Of a stretch of 25,273 nt of DNA, positions 8,719 through 16,408 are shown one piece after another. The DNA comes from an uncultured bacterium (GTDB taxonomy: Bacteria; Auribacterota; Auribacteria; Auribacterales; Auribacteraceae), in contig CAYVGJ010000006.1 of assembly GCA_964451165.1 (NCBI GenBank), positions 1 to 25,273 on the forward strand, in the 5' to 3' direction. The notes beneath the pieces were generated by a model. The model was given only the letters and a program-made list of their open reading frames with translations. It was not told the origin of the DNA and did no database searches. Made by a program: the position numbers and the translations under genes. How positions within the stretch are numbered: position 1 is the stretch's first letter; the number at the start of each line of letters is the position of its first letter.

Positions 8719-9318
8719 TTATTCGGGTTTTTCTTTAGTTGGTTCATCACTCGAAACTTGTTTACTGACGCTTCGCCTTGATGGTGTTTTCTTCTTTTCT
8801 TCGACTGCGGGTTTTATTTCATTTGATTGTTGCTTTTTTTCATCGGATTCTTGTTTTGGCTCTTCTGCTGGTTTTTCTTCCGTTACAGTTTCTTGAGCAA
8901 CATTCTCTTGAGGTTTTTGCTCTTCTTTTTGTTCTGTATTAACATCTTTTTTACCATGGACTATTATGAATGTTTTTTCCGGTTTAAATTCAAAAAGTTT
9001 TTTTAAACCTCGCACATATGATTGAATTTTTTCGCTCAGCTCAGAAATTAAGATTTCATAACTTTTTATTTTATTCAATTGTTCCTGTAGCGAAAAAAAT
9101 TTATTATTCTTCCACTGGTTATATGCTTCTTTACCAAGTTTTAAATATTCATACTTAATTTTTGATTCTTTTAATTTGATCATTATAAAACAACTGGCAA
9201 TCTCATAACACATAACTGCGATAGACGCTATCCATTTAGCAGAAACAGATAGAAAATCTATTGTTTTCTGGGAATAGATAATAAAATTCTTCTTTATTTT
9301 TTCTTTATCGGGTTTCAT
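8719..9318 (-). CDS. Hypothetical membrane-anchored coiled-coil protein with K/E/Q-rich disordered tail
   Basis: A single predicted TM (AKWIASIAVMCYEIASCFIMI), followed by a heptad-like coiled-coil region, then about 70 aa of low-complexity EEK/PQE-rich sequence. AAGGGGA SD 7 nt upstream. Confidence 0.5.
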   Translation of the reverse strand: MKPDKEKIKKNFIIYSQKTIDFLSVSAKWIASIAVMCYEIASCFIMIKLKESKIKYEYLKLGKEAYNQWKNNKFFSLQEQLNKIKSYEILISELSEKIQSYVRGLKKLFEFKPEKTFIIVHGKKDVNTEQKEEQKPQENVAQETVTEEKPAEEPKQESDEKKQQSNEIKPAVEEKKKTPSRRSVSKQVSSDEPTKEKPE

Positions 9319-9357
9319 AGCGAAATCCCCTTGATGATGTTGTTGGTAACATGATGA

Positions 9358-9498
9358 TTAATTGATTCCGGGCCCATCGAGGCAAATATTGACAAAAGAT
9401 TCTTGCAGTCTTCTTGCATGACGCTCAGTATTATAACAACCGCACAGAACAGAAGTCAACCATGAAATCAAAATTAATGCGACAATAAAACGTTTCAT
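9358..9498 (-). CDS. Putative small lipoprotein (46 aa), not in the supplied ORF track
   Basis: Manual translation: MKRFIVALILISWLTSVLCGCYNTERHARRLQESFVNICLDGPGIN. There is a signal peptide with a lipobox-like LCGC. AAGGGAG SD 9 nt upstream of the ATG (9496-9498). The stop lies 39 nt before the next gene's start. Confidence 0.35.
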   Translation of the reverse strand: MKRFIVALILISWLTSVLCGCYNTERHARRLQESFVNICLDGPGIN

Positions 9499-9570
9499 AA
9501 CTAATAACTCCCTTGTTTTTGTATAGATTCCATAGTTATTTTCGGAAAAAAATTATTTTTGTTTAGATTA

Positions 9571-10044
9571 TTAGTTGCGTTTCTCTATATCAAGTAAGAA
9601 ACGTTTCCAGGATAATCCAGGACCAAAACCGCCTAAATGGCCATTCTTATTTACCACTCTGTGACATGGAATTAAAATAGGTATATTATTATAATGACAG
9701 GCTGATCCAACAGCTCGATAACATTTGACGTTTAATTTTTGCGCCAGTTCAAAATAAGATAATGTTTTTCCATATGGTATTTCCTTAAGAGCTGACCAGA
9801 CTTTTTGCCGGAAAATAGATGCGTTTTCTGTATAAAGATTGTATTTGACTGTCCAATTGATGATTTGTCCTGAAAAATAATTGTTAAGATCTTCCTTTAA
9901 TTCATCGATTATCGGAATTGAACGAGATACAGAACATTTCTCATCCCAGAAACCGGGGAATATGATTTTACATATCATATTATCATATAGTGAAATGCCG
10001 AAAATACCCTTTATGGTTTCACACGGATAAAGTTCATCAATCAT
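9571..10044 (-). CDS. ogt: Methylated-DNA--protein-cysteine methyltransferase (O6-alkylguanine-DNA alkyltransferase)
   Basis: Active-site IPCHRVV (PCHR motif) with the preceding HTH-like YGKTLSYFELAQKL; 157 aa. Confidence 0.85.
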   Translation of the reverse strand: MIDELYPCETIKGIFGISLYDNMICKIIFPGFWDEKCSVSRSIPIIDELKEDLNNYFSGQIINWTVKYNLYTENASIFRQKVWSALKEIPYGKTLSYFELAQKLNVKCYRAVGSACHYNNIPILIPCHRVVNKNGHLGGFGPGLSWKRFLLDIEKRN

Positions 10045-10045
10045 T

Positions 10046-11788
10046 TCACAAAATCCGATGTAAATAAGGTATTAATCCAGCTATGATAAAATGCATATCG
10101 ACAATATCCGAAAAGTTTAAATTCAAGGAATATTGCAATAGATCGTTTTTTAAAGATGATATATAAGTACTCCATAAAGGAATCAGCAACATAAGCCAGA
10201 CCGGAGATTTCCAAATAACAGTTGAATTAATAACAATCAAAAAACTTGTGAATATAACAAGAATTTTTAATATCTTCAGAACTTTATCTTTACCCATATA
10301 TATAGGAAGTGTTTCAACTCCAACCATCATGTCTTCCTGAATTTCCCTTATATCATTTCCAATTGATCTTATTGCGGCAAGAGTTGCAACAAAAAATATT
10401 GCTGTTAAATTTGTAGTATAAAAAAAATTAACACCTGAAGAAATAAGAGGAACAAATACCAATACCGTTACCCATCCAAGAACCACAAAAAGATCTTTAG
10501 ATCCGGGAATTCGGCTAATTTTTTTAATAGAAATATTTCTATTTTTAAAATATGGCAAGCCAATACTCTGGTAAAAAAAACCGAAAAAAAGTAAAAGTAT
10601 AGATAAAATAAAGGGAATTATTCCAAGTTTAAAACTTACAATCAAAACAGTTATGATAGATATTGTTATTATTGAAACAATAGATTTTTTACGCCGGTCG
10701 TAAAATTTAATTTTTTCCGGTTCGTTTAGTTTCAAAAACCATTTTTTCTTTAATCCTTTAAAACTATAAACAGCAAGTATATAAAAAAAGGAAAGCACAA
10801 AGTATTCTTTCCTTGAATATAAGTTCTGCATTGAGCAAGCGCTATAACTCAGCCAACCTGCTGCAAAAGCAACAAGGAGATTAGTGTTGCGTATAAAATT
10901 CCATGTTTTACTGAACAATTTTAGTATTACAGGGAGGTTTTCTTGCTGACCGCATTTTATCTTGTATACAATCTGTTTTATCATCCAGTTTGGTGTTGAA
11001 GCTCCTGCGGTAACCCCGATTCTTTGATATTTATTGAAGTCGATCTGTTTTAGATCGGATTCTTCTTCTATATGAATAGCTTTTGTTCCGGTTTCGCCGG
11101 ATATTTTTGCTAAGCGTGTGGTATTAGCGCTGTTTTTGCCTCCAATAATTATCATTAGATCAACCGTTTTTGCTATATTGTAGACCTCATTCTGGCGGGC
11201 TATAGTCGATGGGCAGATCGTATCGAAGACAACACAATTTTCTTTTCCGTATTTTTTGATTATTGCATCACATACATCATTAAAAATTTCTTTCTGTTGT
11301 GTTGTCTGGGCAACAATACAGATTTTTTTTAAATCAGGCAGTTTTTTTACATCATCAATATTATTTATAACAAATCCATTATTTTCAGCGAATCCGAGCA
11401 GTCCTTTTACTTCAGCGTGCCCTTCATCACCAACGATAATTGTAGAGTAACCTTTTAATGCGTGTTTTTTTACAATTCCTTGTACTTTTCCGACATCAGG
11501 GCAGGTCGCGTCGCAAATATTGGCGTTTATGGATTTTAATTGGGTTCTTGTTTTGGGAGGTATACCATGAGCACGGATAACCACATTTTTATTTTTCGCC
11601 AGCATCGGATCGTCAATCGGTTTTATTCCCAAATTACTTAATTGTTCAAGAACCTGCGGATTATGAATTATCGGTCCCAAAGTTACAGTTTCCCGATCTG
11701 ATTTTTTAGCAACCGCAAGAACTTTTTCTACAGCTTTGCGCACGCCTTTGCAGAATCCAGCTGTTTTCGCTACTTTTAACGTACTCAT
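10046..11788 (-). CDS. ispH: 4-hydroxy-3-methylbut-2-enyl diphosphate reductase (IspH/LytB) fused to a C-terminal ~300-aa polytopic membrane domain
   Basis: Residues 1-275 carry all the IspH hallmarks: GFCKGV, HNPQV, RAHG, DATCPDVGKV, GDEGHAEVKG, QTTQ, ICPSTIARQ, GGKNSANTTRLA, GVTAGASTP. Residues ~300-580 have about 9 predicted TM helices and an Asp/Glu-rich motif NDIREIQEDMMVGVETLPIYMG that resembles the first motif of UbiA-type prenyltransferases. The ORF is continuous, so this is not a frameshift artefact within the window. Confidence 0.8.
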   Translation of the reverse strand: MSTLKVAKTAGFCKGVRKAVEKVLAVAKKSDRETVTLGPIIHNPQVLEQLSNLGIKPIDDPMLAKNKNVVIRAHGIPPKTRTQLKSINANICDATCPDVGKVQGIVKKHALKGYSTIIVGDEGHAEVKGLLGFAENNGFVINNIDDVKKLPDLKKICIVAQTTQQKEIFNDVCDAIIKKYGKENCVVFDTICPSTIARQNEVYNIAKTVDLMIIIGGKNSANTTRLAKISGETGTKAIHIEEESDLKQIDFNKYQRIGVTAGASTPNWMIKQIVYKIKCGQQENLPVILKLFSKTWNFIRNTNLLVAFAAGWLSYSACSMQNLYSRKEYFVLSFFYILAVYSFKGLKKKWFLKLNEPEKIKFYDRRKKSIVSIITISIITVLIVSFKLGIIPFILSILLLFFGFFYQSIGLPYFKNRNISIKKISRIPGSKDLFVVLGWVTVLVFVPLISSGVNFFYTTNLTAIFFVATLAAIRSIGNDIREIQEDMMVGVETLPIYMGKDKVLKILKILVIFTSFLIVINSTVIWKSPVWLMLLIPLWSTYISSLKNDLLQYSLNLNFSDIVDMHFIIAGLIPYLHRIL

Positions 11789-14139
11789 TCACCCTCCGGA
11801 TATTTCATTTTTAAAAACTCAATAAAATCTTTCTCTATTCGATTTAATACCTTTTTTATTTCTTGTTCAGGAATTGTAGAAGATATTTCTTTTTTTGATT
11901 TTTCAAAATTCATTCCATTCTTAATTATTGCTTTAATTATCTCTTTCTCGTAATTGATGATTATATTGCTTGTTAATGATTGAGATTCTCTTTTTTCTTC
12001 TTTCCCTGAATTAAGGAGATACTCAAATCCTGTCTGAGATAAATTCAATACAGGATAAAGCCCTTTTTGGCGAATTAAAAAACCTTTTATAGCCAGATTT
12101 GAAATAACGGACTCAATATCTTCACGAGACAAATCCCGATACTGTCCATAATGTTTAGTTTTTTTTAAATTCCATTTACGTATCTGTTGGTTATTAGATC
12201 CTTTCAGGATATCAACGATCACTTTCTGTCCGAATCTATCAGGATAAGATTTTATCGTATAAAGCACAGCCTCAATCAGATTATTTTTATCCACAGTAAT
12301 TTCGGTATTTTTTTCTGCAATTTCACAAGAATCATTTTCTGCTTTTACATCGGGTTTTACGCATGTATCACAACTGTTGCAATTATCACCATTTAAGGTT
12401 TTATCACCAAAATACCGAAGCAGATAAAAGTGCCTACATCCTTTATTGAACACATATCCTTCCATAATTCTAAGGCGCTGGTATTCTTTTCCGGCACGTT
12501 CTTCAAGAAGATCATAGCGAATAGGAAGATTATTGGTATCCAAGTTCTTCTGAATCATACGGATTCCCCTTCCACGGAAAGGCGCCCGGTACTCAATAAT
12601 GTTTTTTTCATTCAATGCGGTTATCGCGCGCATCAGACTATCTTTAGGGATCCTGCATTTAACGGCAAGATCATCGGGATAAAACTGGATTCCGGTATAT
12701 ATCGCGTTTTCGTAGATTTCCATAATGTTTCCCAGAACAAGCCTTTGTATCTCGGCACGGGTATCTATAGAGTCAAGAGCTTCATCGAAATTAAGCAGAA
12801 GTTTAAGTGATGCTTTGTGGTTTTTTTCAGATAACCGTTCGACGATATTATTATCTTCAAGAATTCGAAGAATCGATGATATTGCCATATCGTTTACCTT
12901 GTTAGCGGATAAACATTTCTGTATTTCATCATGTGTCTTAAGGATGATTTCCTCATTTTCTGCATCAAGCACGGAATAGACTTCTTTTATCAATTCTTTG
13001 TCAGGATAACTTCCCTGAATAAAAAATTCCTGAAGATATCTGTCTCCATATCCATAAAGAAGTATGCAAAAAGATCTTTTCCCATCTCTTCCCGCTCTTC
13101 CCGCTTCCTGATAATATGCTTCAAGAGAACCAGGTAAATTAAAATGTATGACTCCCCTTACATTCTTTTTGTTGATACCCATTCCAAAAGCATTTGTACA
13201 AACGATAATCCTAACCGAATCGTTTAAAAAAAGTTCCTGATTGTTTTTCCGATCTTCATCAGTTAAACCCGCATGATAAGAAACAGCTTTTATCTTTTCG
13301 TTAACAAATGCGGTTGTTATTTTATCAACAACTTTTCGTGTTCCAGCATACACAATAAGACTACCTTGTACCTTGCAAACGATTCTTTTCAGCTTTTCGA
13401 GTCGTTTATTTTCGCTGTCGATTCGATCTGTCATAAAAAAAAGGTTTGGCCTGTGAAATCCTGTAATTACTTCGTTGTCGGCGGATAATCCCAGATTAGC
13501 GATAATATCCGATCGGACTTCAGTTGTGGCTGTTGCGGTCAGTGCGATTATAGATCGGATTTTAAGATAATCGGCGACACGTTTTAATCTTAGATAACTC
13601 GGCCTGAAATCATGTCCCCATTCTGAAATGCAATGTGCCTCATCAATAACAAACAATGATATTTTCAGCTCTTTTAACTGTAAAACAAAATTTCTGTTAT
13701 AAAACCGCTCGGGAGCGACATAAACTAACCGGTATTTCCTGTTCGCTATTTCATGCAGACGATTTGAAATCTCAATAGATGTTATAGAGCTGTTAATAAA
13801 AGTACTCGGTATACCCCATGAATTAAGCTGGTCTACCTGATCTTTCATCAGAGCGATCAGCGGAGAAACAACCAGCACAATACCATCCATTATAACAGCA
13901 GGAAGCTGGTAACATAAAGATTTACCTCCGCCTGTAGGCATAATTACAAAGAGATTTTCACCTTTTAGAATACGATTAACTACTTCTTCCTGTCCCGGAA
14001 GAAAATCGTCATAACCAAAATACTTTTTTAGATGTTCTTTAATATTCAAGAAAAGACCCCGATAAACCCATGCAATAGATTTTATAATATTTATCAGTAA
14101 TTTAAAATTAATAGGATTAATATAAAGAAAATTTCTCAA
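11785..14139 (-). CDS. recQ: ATP-dependent DNA helicase RecQ (with internal insertion)
   Basis: FGYDDFLPGQEEVV, IMPTGGGKSLCYQLPA, VIDEAHCISEWGHDFRPSY, EAGRAGRDG, Zn-binding CRHF...CNSCDTC, and an RQC winged helix (FGQKVIVDILKGSNNQQIRKW). The 784 aa compare with about 610 for the E. coli enzyme. There is a 4-nt ATGA overlap with ispH. Confidence 0.85.
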   Translation of the reverse strand: MRNFLYINPINFKLLINIIKSIAWVYRGLFLNIKEHLKKYFGYDDFLPGQEEVVNRILKGENLFVIMPTGGGKSLCYQLPAVIMDGIVLVVSPLIALMKDQVDQLNSWGIPSTFINSSITSIEISNRLHEIANRKYRLVYVAPERFYNRNFVLQLKELKISLFVIDEAHCISEWGHDFRPSYLRLKRVADYLKIRSIIALTATATTEVRSDIIANLGLSADNEVITGFHRPNLFFMTDRIDSENKRLEKLKRIVCKVQGSLIVYAGTRKVVDKITTAFVNEKIKAVSYHAGLTDEDRKNNQELFLNDSVRIIVCTNAFGMGINKKNVRGVIHFNLPGSLEAYYQEAGRAGRDGKRSFCILLYGYGDRYLQEFFIQGSYPDKELIKEVYSVLDAENEEIILKTHDEIQKCLSANKVNDMAISSILRILEDNNIVERLSEKNHKASLKLLLNFDEALDSIDTRAEIQRLVLGNIMEIYENAIYTGIQFYPDDLAVKCRIPKDSLMRAITALNEKNIIEYRAPFRGRGIRMIQKNLDTNNLPIRYDLLEERAGKEYQRLRIMEGYVFNKGCRHFYLLRYFGDKTLNGDNCNSCDTCVKPDVKAENDSCEIAEKNTEITVDKNNLIEAVLYTIKSYPDRFGQKVIVDILKGSNNQQIRKWNLKKTKHYGQYRDLSREDIESVISNLAIKGFLIRQKGLYPVLNLSQTGFEYLLNSGKEEKRESQSLTSNIIINYEKEIIKAIIKNGMNFEKSKKEISSTIPEQEIKKVLNRIEKDFIEFLKMKYPEGE

Positions 14140-14181
14140 TTATTGAATAAAAACTTTTGAAGAAATAAATGATATGAAATT

Positions 14182-14967
14182 TTATAACATTGCTTCGACT
14201 TTTTCTGTTTTGTCAGGTGTATTGTTAATTGGATAATTATCAAGTATATACTCGAGAACTAAATAAAGCGAATCAATGTACCTTGAGTGCATTAAGGTAT
14301 GTTCTGTTTTATCATCGCCGGACGCGACAAGAACAAGGCATGATTTATAATTTTTGATATCTTTTGTATTGTACATTATATAAACGAAATCAGGGATACC
14401 GTTTATATTTGAATCTATAAAAACATAATTTCCCCTGATTACCATCAGTCCTCTTTCATTATAAAGCCTGTATATATAAGTTTCAAAAAATTGATCGAAA
14501 TGACGAATGCCTTCTTTCATTTGAAAAACATGGTTTATTTTATATTTGGATGAATCGGGATTAAAACTGTACGGATCCTGTAAATTGTATTGAACAACAT
14601 ATTTCTTTTCTGGTTGATTAAATTTTATGTAGGTAAGAAAAGGTTTGCCCCATCCTTTTATCTGGAAATCGTTTCGCAAATATTTATCTACTAAAGGAAA
14701 CAAATTCACAATAAATAAGTTTTCCACCAGGCGGGCGATAAGAGTATTCTTATCACCTTGAGAATGTATCATTGATTTATCTATCGTATTGTATTCGCTT
14801 TCAATTTGATTTTTTTGGTTTAGGTTATTTGATAAATCTATCAATGAAGGTAAGCGAATCATAACTTCATTCTCTTTATTCGGACCGTATAAACCTCCTT
14901 TGGCATTTATCACATAAAACAAAAAAATAATAATTATTATTAATTTGATTATTTTGGATTGTATCAT
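14182..14967 (-). CDS. Hypothetical secreted protein
   Basis: N-terminal signal peptide MIQSKIIKLIIIIIFLFYVINAKG; I recognise no catalytic motif. Confidence 0.5.
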   Translation of the reverse strand: MIQSKIIKLIIIIIFLFYVINAKGGLYGPNKENEVMIRLPSLIDLSNNLNQKNQIESEYNTIDKSMIHSQGDKNTLIARLVENLFIVNLFPLVDKYLRNDFQIKGWGKPFLTYIKFNQPEKKYVVQYNLQDPYSFNPDSSKYKINHVFQMKEGIRHFDQFFETYIYRLYNERGLMVIRGNYVFIDSNINGIPDFVYIMYNTKDIKNYKSCLVLVASGDDKTEHTLMHSRYIDSLYLVLEYILDNYPINNTPDKTEKVEAML

Positions 14968-14986
14968 TTTTTTGCCTTTATAAAAA

Positions 14987-15014
14987 ATTTAGGCATAGAA
15001 AAATACTCCTAAAT
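14987..15014 (-). terminator. Weak hairpin + T-run (possible intrinsic terminator/attenuator between nif3 and the secreted hypothetical)
   Basis: ATTTAGG (14987-14993) and CCTAAAT (15008-15014) form a 7-bp inverted repeat with a 14-nt loop. On the minus strand the hairpin is followed by TTTTTTA. The stem is AT-only and the loop is long, so the structure is weak. Confidence 0.2.
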
Positions 15015-15072
15015 ATCTTTTAATAATTTAGACATATAATATTACTAAATGTTTCATATATGTAATATAAAA

Positions 15073-15828
15073 TTATATAGAGGTTGGTATATCGATAAAT
15101 TCCGCGGATATGTTGAATTTTTGTATTAAGTTTTTCATCAGTGATTTTAACCCAAATACCTCTGTGTAATAATGGCCGGCAAAAACAATATTGATAGCTG
15201 ATTCTTTAGCTATATGATATGCGGACAGTTTAGGCTCACCTGTGAGAAATAGATCGGCGCCATATTGAGCGGTAATTTCTATAGCTTCAGAACCGCTACC
15301 TGATATAATTCCGACTTTTGAGATATTGTTGTTCCCGAAAGAGAGTACTTGTGGATCTGGATTGATTTTTTGTCTAATAAGGTCTAAAAATGAAGATAAA
15401 CTTGCATCATATTCAAGTTCGCCGATTACGAGCAGGTCTGTATAGTTCCCGATTGTAATCTGGCGTATATTTTTCAATCCCAAGATATTCGCTATTTGGA
15501 CATTGTTGCCGAATATAGGGTGAATATCAAGCGGGAGATGCGCCGCGTAAAGAGATATATTATTATTAACAAGTATCTTGATTCGTTTATATAAACTGCC
15601 GTTTATTTTTTTAATGTTTCCGAAAAATAAACCATGATGGACTATAACCATATCGGCATTTTTGTCTAATGCGTATCTAAATCCTTCTTCACTTGCGTCA
15701 ACCATAAAAACAATCTTTTCGATGTTTTCTTTCCCATCAACTTCAAGCCCGTTTGCGCAAGCATCGCTGATCTGGTTTATTCTTAATTCATCATCAAGAT
15801 ATGATTGGATTACGCTTAGTTTTTCCAT
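15073..15828 (-). CDS. Nif3-like dinuclear metal centre protein (GTP cyclohydrolase 1 type 2 family)
   Basis: An N-terminal pattern LSVIQSYLDDEL...ISDACANGLEV, an HHGLFF motif (compare HHPLIF), and a C-terminal GHYYTE. 251 aa. Confidence 0.75.
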   Translation of the reverse strand: MEKLSVIQSYLDDELRINQISDACANGLEVDGKENIEKIVFMVDASEEGFRYALDKNADMVIVHHGLFFGNIKKINGSLYKRIKILVNNNISLYAAHLPLDIHPIFGNNVQIANILGLKNIRQITIGNYTDLLVIGELEYDASLSSFLDLIRQKINPDPQVLSFGNNNISKVGIISGSGSEAIEITAQYGADLFLTGEPKLSAYHIAKESAINIVFAGHYYTEVFGLKSLMKNLIQKFNISAEFIDIPTSI

Positions 15829-15832
15829 ATAT

Positions 15833-16408
15833 TTACTTTTTATAATCGATGAAATTTTTCAAAATTCGTTTACCGGATTTTGTCAAAATAGATTCCGGAT
15901 GAAACTGTACACCCCATACATCGAACTGTTTATGTTTTATAGCCATAATCTGTTTATCGTCAAGTGATTCAGCGATAATTTGCAGGCAATCTGGAAATCT
16001 ATCCCGTAAAATTACCAGCGAATGATACCTTGTTGCCTCGAATGGGTTATCAATTCCATCAAACAAAAGATTTTCATGATACTTGATCATGGATGTTTTC
16101 CCGTGCATAAGAATAGGCGCTCTATCTACAATCCCGCCAAATGCTTCCCCGATACTCTGATGCCCAAGGCATACACCCAGAATCGGTATTTTTCCTGAAA
16201 CTTCTTTTATAACCCTGACTGAGATGCCTGCTTCTTTCGGTGTACACGGACCGGGCGATATTATTATTTTATCAGGGTTTAGTTCTATTATCTGCTCAAC
16301 GGTGATTTTATCATTTCTAAATACAATAGGATCGGCTCCGAGTTCCCCTACATATTGTACAAGGTTATAAGTAAAAGAGTCATAATTATCAATTACGAGA
16401 AGTTTCAT
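15833..16408 (-). CDS. trpG: Anthranilate synthase component II / aminodeoxychorismate synthase glutamine amidotransferase (class I GATase)
   Basis: MKLLVIDNYDSFTYNLVQYVGELG; catalytic GVCLGHQSI; C-terminal HSL...FHPES. 191 aa. There is a 4-nt overlap with trpE. Confidence 0.85.
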   Translation of the reverse strand: MKLLVIDNYDSFTYNLVQYVGELGADPIVFRNDKITVEQIIELNPDKIIISPGPCTPKEAGISVRVIKEVSGKIPILGVCLGHQSIGEAFGGIVDRAPILMHGKTSMIKYHENLLFDGIDNPFEATRYHSLVILRDRFPDCLQIIAESLDDKQIMAIKHKQFDVWGVQFHPESILTKSGKRILKNFIDYKK

